Below, in pieces: positions 7,981-18,300 of a stretch of DNA of 57,795 bases. The notes below the pieces were generated by a model. The model did no database searches. It saw nothing but the letters and a program-made list of their open reading frames with translations, and had not been told where the DNA came from. Both the position numbers and the translations under genes were made by a program. Each line of letters begins with the position of its first letter. The first letter of the stretch is position 1. Source of the DNA: a virus; the IMG/VR virus record IMGVR_UViG_3300037827_000133, positions 1-57,795 of that record; one strand, 5' to 3'.

Positions 7981-8036
7981 GTGTATGAAAACAAAGGTAT
8001 TATAGTTATATGTTATTCCTTGATAACAAGGGACTT

Positions 8037-8702
8037 ATGAAGATATACATTTACAAATTAATTGATCCTGTAAGTGGAGCTGCGAGATATGTTGGGAAGA
8101 CCAACAATCCCGCTAATCGGATCAGACAACATCGTTCCAATCACTGTTACTCCACAAAGAAATGGGTTGACGGACTTCGAGGGCTTGGCCTATCCCCAAA
8201 AATGGAAGTCTTGGAAGAGACTGATGATCATGGTTGGCACGAACGTGAGCAATATTGGATTGAATTACTGCGAAGCAAGGGAGAGGACTTGTTCAACATC
8301 GCTACGACTCCAATCCCCGGAAAAAGATACGGCTATGTTATGTCGGAATCCACCAAAGAAAAAATACGCAATTCCCTGAAAGGGCGTCGCCGTGTAATGA
8401 CACCAGAGTGGAGAGCTCAGATAGCTATTATTGCAGCTAAACGGATTGGGGTGAAGCAATCTCCAGAATTGGTTGCTAAACGTAAGGCTACTCTGCTGGC
8501 TAGATACGGTCGGATAGGATTCTATGGTGAGCATCACAGAAAGGCAAACAGTGAGGCTAAAAAGGGACATACTATTTCAGAAGAGACTCGCGAAAGGATG
8601 AGGTTGGGTCAATTGAGACGACCTCCCGTTTCTACAGAAACTAGAGAGAAACTATCTAAGGCTCGTAAAGCTTACTTTGCTGCAAAGAGGCAAGCTGCAT
8701 GA
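8037..8702 (+). CDS. GIY-YIG homing endonuclease with NUMOD3-like repeats
   Basis: MKIYIYKL..YVGKT..R..QH at the N-terminus. Repeated S-E-x-T-[KR]-E-K-[IM]-R modules. AT-rich island. Confidence 0.9.
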   Translation: MKIYIYKLIDPVSGAARYVGKTNNPANRIRQHRSNHCYSTKKWVDGLRGLGLSPKMEVLEETDDHGWHEREQYWIELLRSKGEDLFNIATTPIPGKRYGYVMSESTKEKIRNSLKGRRRVMTPEWRAQIAIIAAKRIGVKQSPELVAKRKATLLARYGRIGFYGEHHRKANSEAKKGHTISEETRERMRLGQLRRPPVSTETREKLSKARKAYFAAKRQAA

Positions 8703-11311
8703 GTTCTGCTCGTCCATTGACACATAGTCGCTGGCTAAAAGGTCTCCAAGCTGGATTCGACCGCTACGCCCAGCCGAAGGGATCGTTCGCGCGGGCCTCG
8801 AACCTCCTGCTGACCCGCCGCGGCGCGCTCAAAGCCTGCGACGGCACCGGTCTGATCACGCAATTCAACGCCGCGTTCCAAGCCGCGTTCGGCCCTATCA
8901 CCGAGATATTCCTGTACCAGCCGACCGGTGCCAATGCTGGCTACTTCGGCATCGTCAAGGATTCCTTCACCCACATCGGCGTACCCACTGGTCTGTTCCT
9001 CGCCAACGTCAGCTCCGGCGTCCTCACCGGCACCTTCACCTACGTCATCACGGCGCTCGATGGCGCGGGCGGGGAGACGGTCGCGTCCATCCAGATCCAG
9101 ATCACGCCGTCGGCACAGAAAATTCAATTCACGTGGACTCCGGTCCCGAACGCGGTCGGCGGGTATAACATCTACCGCACGGTATCTGGCGGAGCGCTAG
9201 GCACGGAACACTTCCTTGTCACCGTTCCCGGTCAGTCCTCCGCCTCCTACACGGACAACCTGCCCGACTCCTCGCTGGGCGCGGGCATCCCTCCGGTCAC
9301 CGATACCACGCAGGTATGCCAGTTCTACTCCTTCACGTTCCCGTCCTACACCACCGCGCAGCGCGTCCTCACACTCCCGGCGGACCTCCTGACGAAGACC
9401 GGCGGCGGCGCGGGCGGCGGCTACGGCGGCTCCGGCTCCGGCTCCGGTGGCTCCAGCGGGTATAACCCGCCCACTCCCTCCGGCGGCGTCTTTGGCAACC
9501 TATCTCCGCTGCCGATGATCGTCCAATTCGTCAACAAGATGATGATGGCGCTCGGTAACGGGATCACGCCGTATCAGTCTGACGGCACCACGCCGGGGAC
9601 GATTCCGATCGTCAACACGTTCGTGGCTGCGTATCCGACTTGGGCCGCGTCTACTGTATTTAACCAAGGCGATCAGATCCAAGTCACCGTCTCCGCCGTC
9701 AACTATGTGTTCACCGCGACGCAGGGTGGCGAGACCGGCTCTGGCAGTGCGCCTGCCTTCGTGGCCACTCTGGGCTCGACCGTCGCCGACGGCAATATCA
9801 TCTGGAAGAACTCCGGCCAGGTGTCGAACTCCCCCCCTCCGCGCGGCGCGGCACACGAGGAAGTCTACGCGGGCTCGCTGTGGGTAGCGAACACCGGCGT
9901 CTCCCTGTCCTCCGATCAGCTCGATGGCCCGTCCGCGCTCCGCATGTCGGACCTGAACGCACCCACCTCCTGGAATCCGCTGAACGCCGCGCAGATCCAG
10001 CCGGACGACGGCGACCAGTGCACCGGGATCAAGGCGTTCACCATCGCCGAGGCTGGGATCGCGCCGCAGAACTTCCTCACCTACTTTAAGAATTTCTCCG
10101 CGTTCGTGATCCAGGGAGTGTTCGGCTCCTCCGACTTCTCCATTACGCGGCTGCAGACGGATATGGGTTGCGTCGCGCCTCGCACCCTACAGTTCGTCCC
10201 CGGCTACGGGATCATGCGGCTCACTCATCTTGGCTTCGCGGTCACCGACGGCATCTCCGACAAGCTGCAGGACCCGGAGGCCATCCGCCCGTACCTGTTC
10301 CCCGAGTCCACTGAATCCGACATCACGCCTATCGACCAATCCTATATCTACTTTGCCAAGGCCGCGCAGACTTCCAACCCTCCAATGTACGTGTGCGCTA
10401 TGCCGCTACAAGGGCTAGCCTCTGCCATCTTCGGAGGCGTCGCCGTCGTAGGTCTCAGCGGGCCTGCGCTGCTGATGAACACGGGCGAATACTACATCAA
10501 GATCCAGGCCGTGACGACGACCGGGCAGACGTATACCAGTGGCGAATACGCTGTCTCCCAGGCCATCATCCGCGTGGGCGGCCATATCTACGGCTACCCA
10601 ATCGGCATCGCCATTACGCTCCCCAACGTATCCGTCGTGACCGAGTGGAACATCTACATGGGCACCGCGCCGGGACAGGAGGACGAGTTCATCACGATCC
10701 CGAACGGCGTCCCCTCCGTCACGATCACCAACTCTACCGTCTTCACCGCGGGCGAGCCGGTGACGACGCAGGAGGGATCACTGTCCCGCCTGTTCTGCTA
10801 CGACCTTATCCTCAAGGCGTGGACGGTCGTGGACCTCCCGTTCCCGATCTCCGTGCTCAAACAGTTCCGTACACCGGGCTCGTCCCCGATCACTGTCATG
10901 GGAGGATTCTACGACGGCGCCATCCGGCGCTGGCAGGCGGGAGACTCGGTGTGGGACGGCGGCGCGACGAACGCGGGCGCACCGTCCACCAACGTCCAGT
11001 GGGCGTTCCGCGACGCGGAGGTATTCGCGGAAGGCGGCACAGTGCAATTGTTCCATAATCAGGTGGTGATCCGCGGAGACGGCGGGCCATCCTCGATCCT
11101 GGTCTCGCCGACGATCAACGGGGAGATGCAGGCCACGATCCAAGCCGCGCTGATTGCACTCGGCCAGAACCAGTACGAGGCTCGTGTGCGCCTGCTTCAG
11201 ACGGCGGAGAATCTCAACCTCACCGTCAGTGGGAGCGGGCCAGCGACGGTAGAGTCTATCAGCTATCAGGTGGAGCAGAAGCCAGCGGGGGCGGCGCTTG
11301 TATACTCATGA
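8699..11311 (+). CDS. Tail nozzle / tubular protein B-like candidate (870 aa)
   Basis: Size and position. Internal Gly/Ser linker GGGAGGGYGGSGSGSGGSSG. Confidence 0.45.
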   Translation: MSSARPLTHSRWLKGLQAGFDRYAQPKGSFARASNLLLTRRGALKACDGTGLITQFNAAFQAAFGPITEIFLYQPTGANAGYFGIVKDSFTHIGVPTGLFLANVSSGVLTGTFTYVITALDGAGGETVASIQIQITPSAQKIQFTWTPVPNAVGGYNIYRTVSGGALGTEHFLVTVPGQSSASYTDNLPDSSLGAGIPPVTDTTQVCQFYSFTFPSYTTAQRVLTLPADLLTKTGGGAGGGYGGSGSGSGGSSGYNPPTPSGGVFGNLSPLPMIVQFVNKMMMALGNGITPYQSDGTTPGTIPIVNTFVAAYPTWAASTVFNQGDQIQVTVSAVNYVFTATQGGETGSGSAPAFVATLGSTVADGNIIWKNSGQVSNSPPPRGAAHEEVYAGSLWVANTGVSLSSDQLDGPSALRMSDLNAPTSWNPLNAAQIQPDDGDQCTGIKAFTIAEAGIAPQNFLTYFKNFSAFVIQGVFGSSDFSITRLQTDMGCVAPRTLQFVPGYGIMRLTHLGFAVTDGISDKLQDPEAIRPYLFPESTESDITPIDQSYIYFAKAAQTSNPPMYVCAMPLQGLASAIFGGVAVVGLSGPALLMNTGEYYIKIQAVTTTGQTYTSGEYAVSQAIIRVGGHIYGYPIGIAITLPNVSVVTEWNIYMGTAPGQEDEFITIPNGVPSVTITNSTVFTAGEPVTTQEGSLSRLFCYDLILKAWTVVDLPFPISVLKQFRTPGSSPITVMGGFYDGAIRRWQAGDSVWDGGATNAGAPSTNVQWAFRDAEVFAEGGTVQLFHNQVVIRGDGGPSSILVSPTINGEMQATIQAALIALGQNQYEARVRLLQTAENLNLTVSGSGPATVESISYQVEQKPAGAALVYS

Positions 11312-11511
11312 CGACACGTGAACTGATTAAAGAACTGATGACCGAGGCTGGGATCTCGGATTATTCTGACATGGACTCCCTTGACTTCCTTGATATGTGT
11401 TGCGCGCTAGAGAGTAAGCTGGGAATCCGCATCCCAGACGACAAACTTGGCAGCATTAAGACTGAGAACGATCTCGTAGAGGCGATTGATGGACTCAGAG
11501 CCACAGTTTAA
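11308..11511 (+). CDS. Acyl/peptidyl carrier protein (PP-binding)
   Basis: 67 aa. DMDSLDFLDMCCALESKLGIRIPDD matches the carrier-protein DSL(D) phosphopantetheine-attachment helix pattern. Confidence 0.75.
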   Translation: MTTRELIKELMTEAGISDYSDMDSLDFLDMCCALESKLGIRIPDDKLGSIKTENDLVEAIDGLRATV

Positions 11512-11953
11512 GGTTGAACGATACGCCGACGTGATTGCGGAAGCGATTCCTCTTCTCTCGTATCACTGGGAAGAGATTGCGATGTTCAAGGACAAGATAA
11601 AGCTATGTCCAGCGTTCGACAAATACGAGGAGATAGACAAAGCAGGAGGGCTACATATCATCACGGCACGAGTGGGCGGTAGACTGATCGGCTATCATGT
11701 AGCATTCGTGACTCCGCATCCGCATTACAAGAATAATCTGATGAGCCTAACGGATATTTTCTTCATCCTGCCGGAACATCGCAAGGGGTTGCTGGGCTTC
11801 CGCTTCTTCCAGTTCATCGAACACGAGATGCGGAAGCTAGGAGTTACCAAGATGATGGCCGGTACCAAACTGAACCGCGATCTAGGAATCTTGTTCGAGC
11901 GACTAGGCTGGGAGCCGACGGACAGGATGTACTCGAAGTATATAGGGAGTTAA
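11489..11953 (+). CDS. GNAT-family acyltransferase
   Basis: ILPEHRKGLLGFRFFQFIEHEMRKLG resembles GNAT motif A (R/Q-x-x-G-x-G/A). About 155 aa. Overlaps the carrier-protein gene. Confidence 0.65.
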   Translation: MDSEPQFKVERYADVIAEAIPLLSYHWEEIAMFKDKIKLCPAFDKYEEIDKAGGLHIITARVGGRLIGYHVAFVTPHPHYKNNLMSLTDIFFILPEHRKGLLGFRFFQFIEHEMRKLGVTKMMAGTKLNRDLGILFERLGWEPTDRMYSKYIGS

Positions 11954-11955
11954 TC

Positions 11956-12312
11956 ATGCCGGGAATGTCGGCTGGGATGGGGGCTCTTATCGCTGCCTTG
12001 ATTGGCGCGGGAACGACTGGTACTGTCACAGGGCTAGAGGCTTCAGGCGCGATCGGTGGCTCTGGTGGCCCCTCGGCGTCGCAAGAACAGACGCTCATGA
12101 ACCAGCAGAATCAGGCCGCGCAACAGAAGCAGGAACAGGCGGCGTTCAAGGGGTTTGCTCCGACTGAGCAGGCTAATACAAGCGGCTCGCTGGATGCTGG
12201 ATCTATGTCTGCGATGATAGCAGCGGCTACTGGCTCACCGGCGGACGTGAATCTCGCACAACAAACTATCTTCGGCACTCAACCGGGGCTATCTGCAGGG
12301 GGAGGCTCGTAA
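11956..12312 (+). CDS. Internal virion protein candidate with N-terminal hydrophobic segment
   Basis: GMGALIAALIGAGTTGTVTG hydrophobic stretch, Gln-rich. Position after the nozzle. Confidence 0.4.
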   Translation: MPGMSAGMGALIAALIGAGTTGTVTGLEASGAIGGSGGPSASQEQTLMNQQNQAAQQKQEQAAFKGFAPTEQANTSGSLDAGSMSAMIAAATGSPADVNLAQQTIFGTQPGLSAGGGS

Positions 12313-12923
12313 TGTCGAACATGCTTACACAAATAGGAACCTTCATGAGTTCCGGCGCTGGCAAGGCCGTCGAAGGTGGCGCGGTCGCGGGCACGGGCCT
12401 CGTGCAGAACCTCCTCGCCAACTCCGAGGCCCAGCAGAAGCAGTCCTTCGTGGAGAACCTGATCAAGAACCCGGCTGCGTTCCAGAAGTTCGTCTCCGGG
12501 TTCACGCAGCCGCTGACCGCTGGCTTGACCGCCGACGTGGCTCGCTCCTCCGACGCCTACGGTGCCGAGCGTGGCCTCGGCTCCTCTCCGGCCGTGATGA
12601 AGGATATCTACGCGCAGGCGCTGGCACCCTACCTCGTGCAGCAGCAGAACTCAGGGCAGCAGGCAGCGATGCAGGCGCTAGGCATCTACGGTTCCACGCC
12701 TACGACCAAGCCGGTGGATGTCTCGTCGATACTGAAAATGATCATGATGGGCGGACAGCAGCAACAGGGGCCTAATCCTACCGCCGGTATCAACCCCGCC
12801 GCAGTGCCGAATACCTTCGGCACTCTGGCGGACCTCCCCGGCGCTGCACCGACGCCGCAACTTCCGCCACCGATGGTAGGTGGCGGTGATGGCGGATTCG
12901 ATCCCAGTACGCTAGGAGGATAA
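12312..12923 (+). CDS. Internal virion protein candidate
   Basis: Coupled start (TAATG). Low-complexity Gln/Gly/Pro-rich. Position. Confidence 0.4.
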   Translation: MSNMLTQIGTFMSSGAGKAVEGGAVAGTGLVQNLLANSEAQQKQSFVENLIKNPAAFQKFVSGFTQPLTAGLTADVARSSDAYGAERGLGSSPAVMKDIYAQALAPYLVQQQNSGQQAAMQALGIYGSTPTTKPVDVSSILKMIMMGGQQQQGPNPTAGINPAAVPNTFGTLADLPGAAPTPQLPPPMVGGGDGGFDPSTLGG

Positions 12924-13988
12924 ATGTCAGCCATCTTCACCTCCCTCGCGCAACTCGGCTCCCAGGTCGGCACGGCCTCCAACGAGGCCCGCGAGGAGAA
13001 GCAGGCCCGCGCCGCCCAGACGCAGAAGATGGACGTCGAGCAGGCGTATCTGCAACTGGCTAAACAGACGGAGGATCGTCAACAGGCGGAGTTCGAGCAG
13101 CGTAAGAAGACCGGCGACATCCTCGAACTCGATCCCGGCAAGGTGTGGTGGTCGGTATCACAGGGCAAGGCGGTCAATCCACCGCGACCGAGTCCGATGG
13201 ACTCGCTACGGAAATTCGTCAGCACCCTCCCACCTGCCGTAGCCAAGGGAGCGCAGACCCGCGCGGAAGCGTATCTCGAAGACAATCCACTCGACCACAA
13301 AGGCGCGATCACCGAGGTCATGCGCTACGCAGACGCGCAGCAGGCGGAGGGGAACCGCAGAACCGATGCTGCGACGACGGAAGCCAATCGCCGCGCCGAC
13401 GCCAAGACGGCAGAGGCTAACCGCCGCGAGGATAGGAACGAAGCTAGGCTCGCTAACGAAGCCTTCCAGAAGGCGATGGTCGATTTCCGCCTGCAGGAAC
13501 GCTACAAGTACATGACGCCGCAGGAGCGTCAGACCTTCGACGCCATCAAGACTGCCGAGCCTATGGTCAACCGCCTCACCAAGTTCATCGAGGACAACAA
13601 CCTGCAGAACGAGAACTCGCTCGCGTTCGGCAATCACTCCGCGTTGATGCAGCATCTCCGCTTCTACGGATACAAGAAGGGAGTCGAGCCGGAGAAGGTG
13701 TCATCGCAGCTCATCAAGGACGCCGCTGCGCTGCAGGTGATGGGCGCGCGCCCGTGGATGACGATGGGACGCGGCAAGTATATGTTCGAGACGATCTCAC
13801 AGCATCTGCCGAGTCCGACGGATACGCCGCAGCAACTGTATAGCAAGACCACGTGGTTGCGGGATAACGTGCTCAGCGACGCGAAGCAGGCGCTGGAGAG
13901 CTATGTACAGCCGGGCGGTGGAGGAGGCGGTGCGCCGCAGCAGTCGGCTCCTGACCATAACTCCGATCCGTTGGGAGTGCTTCAGTAA
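12924..13988 (+). CDS. Internal virion / ejection protein candidate (coiled coil, EANRR repeats)
   Basis: AGGAGG RBS. 354 aa. Three EANRR-type peptide repeats near nt 13350-13450. Confidence 0.4.
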   Translation: MSAIFTSLAQLGSQVGTASNEAREEKQARAAQTQKMDVEQAYLQLAKQTEDRQQAEFEQRKKTGDILELDPGKVWWSVSQGKAVNPPRPSPMDSLRKFVSTLPPAVAKGAQTRAEAYLEDNPLDHKGAITEVMRYADAQQAEGNRRTDAATTEANRRADAKTAEANRREDRNEARLANEAFQKAMVDFRLQERYKYMTPQERQTFDAIKTAEPMVNRLTKFIEDNNLQNENSLAFGNHSALMQHLRFYGYKKGVEPEKVSSQLIKDAAALQVMGARPWMTMGRGKYMFETISQHLPSPTDTPQQLYSKTTWLRDNVLSDAKQALESYVQPGGGGGGAPQQSAPDHNSDPLGVLQ

Positions 13989-15331
13989 TGGCTACTACCC
14001 CACTCACCGTCGATAAGTTCGCCGCGCAGATCAAGGCCAAGTATCCGCAATACGCTACAATCCCTGACGCGCAACTGGTGGAGAAGGTAGTGACTAAGTA
14101 TCCACAGTATAAGTCGAGGCTTGGCGGCGCTGCTCCATCTGCGCCATCCGACGCCAACATCCGCACGGCTCCGTCTACGGCTCCCGCATTCCCCACCCGC
14201 GTCCTGGACCAGTTCAGCAAGGACATGCAGGGTGCAGCAGACTTTCCTGCTAGCGCCATGCGCGATGCACGCTCTCGCTACCAAGCTCGCAATCCACAAG
14301 GAGCAGTCGATAAGACCCTTGCGGCCGCTCGCTCGTCGCTGGAGTCGGTGGTGAATCCCACAGCGGAATTCGCGGGATCGCTGACTCCCCCCGGCATCGC
14401 TGCTCGCGTGGCGTCGAAGGAAGACCCTGCCAAGTTCATGGGCGACGCTCTGACCATGCTCACTCCGGGCACGGAAGAGGCAGGTAAGGCGACTCACACC
14501 GAGTTCCCCGATCCCACCAAGTCCAGTGGCGTCCGTGGCTCGATGACGCGCGGCAAGATGCTCATGGATCACGTGGACTCTGCAGCCAAGGACATTCCCG
14601 TGGACCACTCCGCCGCGTATCAGTGGGCGCAGAAGGCAATGGCGCTGGAGAAATACGGGTATCAAGTCCCGGCACCGATCAAGGCGTTCGTACAGATGAT
14701 CGAGTCTCGTACCAAGCCAGGTGCGGATGCGATGGGTGGAGGGGCGTATATGGATCGCGGCGGATCGTCGATGCCGCTGACCTACGAGGATGCCCGCAAC
14801 TTCGAGTCCTCCCTCGGCGCGCGCATCGACTGGGACGATCCCGGTGGCAAGATGAACGCGCTGCAGAAGAAGATGCGGGAGGCGATCGGTAAGGATACGG
14901 CGACGGCGCTAAAGCCGCACGGACTCGACACTCCGTATCTCCGTGCCAAGGCGGAATTCACCAAGGCACACGGAGCGGAGGAGGCGTGGGGACCGTTTGG
15001 GTACTTCGGCGGTCGGCTGGCGGGTTACGCGGCTGGTACCGTAGCAGGGCATCCGCTGGTAGCTGGCTACGCAGGCGGGCAACTCGGACGCAGCGTAGCC
15101 GGCTCAATGGCTCGCTCGGTGGTCAACGCTGGCGAGAGGGAGATGCTGCGTCCTGCTGCCGTTGCGCCGAAGCCGTCCGTCGATCCCGAAGCCACTCGCC
15201 TTCGTCAGACTGCGCAACCCGCCCGCGACACCGCCGTCCTCAATCGCGTCCGCGCTCAGCATCCCAACTGGTCGCTCTCGCAGCAACTCATGGAAGCCGC
15301 CAAGCGGAATCAGGAGCGAGGCCAACAATGA
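13988..15331 (+). CDS. Internal virion / ejection protein candidate (447 aa)
   Basis: Coupled start (TAATG). Position before the fibre gene. Confidence 0.4.
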   Translation: MATTPLTVDKFAAQIKAKYPQYATIPDAQLVEKVVTKYPQYKSRLGGAAPSAPSDANIRTAPSTAPAFPTRVLDQFSKDMQGAADFPASAMRDARSRYQARNPQGAVDKTLAAARSSLESVVNPTAEFAGSLTPPGIAARVASKEDPAKFMGDALTMLTPGTEEAGKATHTEFPDPTKSSGVRGSMTRGKMLMDHVDSAAKDIPVDHSAAYQWAQKAMALEKYGYQVPAPIKAFVQMIESRTKPGADAMGGGAYMDRGGSSMPLTYEDARNFESSLGARIDWDDPGGKMNALQKKMREAIGKDTATALKPHGLDTPYLRAKAEFTKAHGAEEAWGPFGYFGGRLAGYAAGTVAGHPLVAGYAGGQLGRSVAGSMARSVVNAGEREMLRPAAVAPKPSVDPEATRLRQTAQPARDTAVLNRVRAQHPNWSLSQQLMEAAKRNQERGQQ

Positions 15332-18300
15332 AGAAGCTCACACTACTCCTGTTCCTGCTATCCTCGTTCGGAATCTTCTCTCCACTGGCCTATAGCCAGT
15401 CGGGTACGACCGTCGTCACGGCGAAGGTCGTTGATGCCAACGGATCCGTCTACGTAAATTGTCAGTGGTCCGTCGTCTTCGTCGGCGAAAACACCACTCC
15501 TGGCGCTGGCCCCTACGCCCCTGCGCCGCTCCTCAACGGCCAACAGGGTGCTTGCGACTCGCAGGGTAACTTCTCCATAAACCTCGCCGACAATATCCTC
15601 ACGGTTACGCCGCAGCCTTCCCAGTGGTCGTTCTCCATCTGCTCCACCGGTGGCTACCTCGGTGGCCTGTATTGCAAGACGAACATTCCGATCACCGTTA
15701 CCGGATCTACGCAGAACATATCCTCCATTCTGACTCCACTGATGCCCTTGCTGCCGACGGGCGGTGGTGGCGGTAGCGGTACTATCACCTTCCCCGGAGT
15801 TCCTAGTGGGCTCTGCACATCCGCGCAAACCGCCGTCAACACCGCTACCGGAGACTACTACAGTTGCTTTGCAGGTGTATGGATCAAGGTAGGGCCTAAT
15901 CCTGCAGCGGGCAATCCTGGGGGATCCGCGTTCCAGCTCCAGACCAACTCTAGCGGAGTATCGTTTGGTGGGGTAGCTAACGCAACTCTTGGTTCGGTGC
16001 TGATCACCCAAGGAGGAAGCGCGTTTCCTGCCTTTTCATCAAATCTACTGGTTGCACCATCCGCTAACTCCGTTCCCTTCTCAACCAGCGGCGGAGTGGC
16101 GGCGAATGCGCTGAACGTAAACCTCTACAATATCAGCAATCCATACGCTCTAGGGTGGGAAAACTTCAACGGGTTGGACGAGGAGTATGTTGACTTGGGC
16201 GGCTGGGCGACCAACTACTTAACTCCTTCCTTTAGTAAGAAGGATTTCTTGGACCCGCTCTACATCAATCTCACTAGTTACGGACTTGGGCAGAAGTACG
16301 CCTTTCGGAACAACCAGAATTGTTACGGTTTGGGCGATTGTGGCTCCATCTTGAACTCGGTGACCGCATATGGCGGCTTGGCTGCTTCCGGCGATGAGGG
16401 CACCATAAACCAACAATTATTCTCCGGCATGGGAGGGGTTGAGTTCACAGGCACCATCACTTCTGGTGCGTCTACCGGATCAACGTCGTTGACTATCAAT
16501 CCCAGCGCTGGGAGCGGGACGCAGGGGGATAATCGGTGGCTGTACGATAGCACACAGAAGATCGTAGTCACGATCTCTGCTCTAACTCCTAGCACGGTTG
16601 CCCCTGCCAGCATGACCGTGACTTCCACTGGACTAGGCGCGAGCACGGTCAATACGACACTGAGCAACAATGTCGGCCCTTGTACGCCCTGCACCATCAC
16701 TCCGGTATCGATGACCGGGATCAGCGCCAACCAGATTCTAGCCATCGCAGACAATGAGACTTTTGAACTAGTGCAGGTGATCTCAACCGGGGGTTCTACT
16801 TTCACCGCGAACCTTACCAAGCCTCACGATGGAACCACGGATCATTCCATCATCGCGGGGGGAGGAGCGACTGGCTACTTCATCGAAGTATCCGCAAATA
16901 ATGGCACGACGGCGATGGGAGCGACCAACACGCTGCATTATGCGTGGCCCATTCTGTCTTCAGCGTCCAATACAAGTTTAACGGTATGGGCGGCTGCCAA
17001 TGGCGGGTACGAGACAAGCATCGCTCAGAATTGGGCCAATGTCAGCGGTCAGAACGGCGGAGTGATTTATCCCGGCGCGGAAGTGTATTCCGTGCAATCT
17101 GGCAACGCATTAAGTAACACGCTTACTCTTGGGCCGAACATAGTTGCATGGTCGAACGGGGATACAGTGATTCAGCCCGTCTACCCGGCCATTGGGGTTA
17201 GTGGGATCATTGTCGATACTACAAGCTATTTCCCATCGCTGACTAACTTTATAACTGCTGGTTTGAATGTCAACTTCGGCGGCATTGCAACGGCCAACCA
17301 AGTTGGAATCGAGGTGCGCAACAATTCGCCGGTATCTCTGTATACGAGTAGCTACGGAGGAACTGGTACCTTCCTTCCACCTCAAGCGGCGCTATCGTTT
17401 CAGGGTCCGTGGCAAGCGGACATGACTTTCGATAAGCCTGCGCCTGCTTTGCTTCAAGTAAATGGCTGTCCGGCGGGGCTTTGCACTTATCCCTATAGCC
17501 CCAAACTGGTTTCCTTTCCAAACAATTTCGGCGCGAGCGACTACATTACCTACAACGGCAACGCGGGAAATTTCAGCTCTCCACAATGGCTCATCGCAGT
17601 AGGCAACGGCACGGGATCGCTACAGAATTACCTATTCACCAAGAACGACTTTTCTCCTGTTTTTCCCCAGGGGACGGCAGCAAGCCTAGGGGCGAATCAA
17701 CCGTGGCGTTTTATCAACGCGAGCGCAGGGTATCAGATCAACGGTACGGCTCCAATTAGTCATTGCCTAACTGGCAACGGTACATATTATGTAGATAGTG
17801 GGTCTTGCGGCAATGCGGCCTTCAGCTCGATCACCAGTGGGACCAACACCAGCGCAGCCATGCTAGTGGGTAGCGGAGCGTCCCTGGGATGGACCAGCTC
17901 GGGGAGGATTGACTCGACAACCTTACTAGGCGGGTATTGGGGTGCTCCTGCGTTACCGATAGGCAACGTTGCTCCGGTGCCCGGCAACAGCGTATTCACT
18001 GGATTCAGCGCAACCGGGACGGTGGACTTCACCGGCTCCGTCATCTCCAAGCTGCGCGTAGCGGCGGGACTCACCACTTCCGCGAACGGCGACATCGGCT
18101 ACGACTCCACGAACGCCAACTGGCACTTCTGGAACGGCGCGGATCTGATCATGGCGCCACTGGCTGCGGGATTCGTCAGCGGAGACTGTGGGCAGCCGAC
18201 ACTGACCGGCAGCAAGTGGACTATCGCGGATACCGGAGGAGCATGTGGCGGGGGTGGTGGGAGCGGCCTGTCGGGCATGACCGCTGGCCAAGTCCCGATC

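Noticed and set aside
13350-13450. Three EANRR peptide repeats in gene 12924-13988
   Set aside because: These are short, degenerate coiled-coil-type repeats inside an internal-virion-protein candidate, probably simple low complexity rather than a functional array.
14986-15327. The 5' extension of the fibre ORF (track start 14986), adding 114 Arg-rich residues
   Set aside because: The extension lies entirely inside gene 13988-15331 in another frame and reads as RP-rich noise. ATG 15328 has an AGGAG RBS, an ATGA overlap with the upstream stop, and begins a clean signal-peptide-like sequence.
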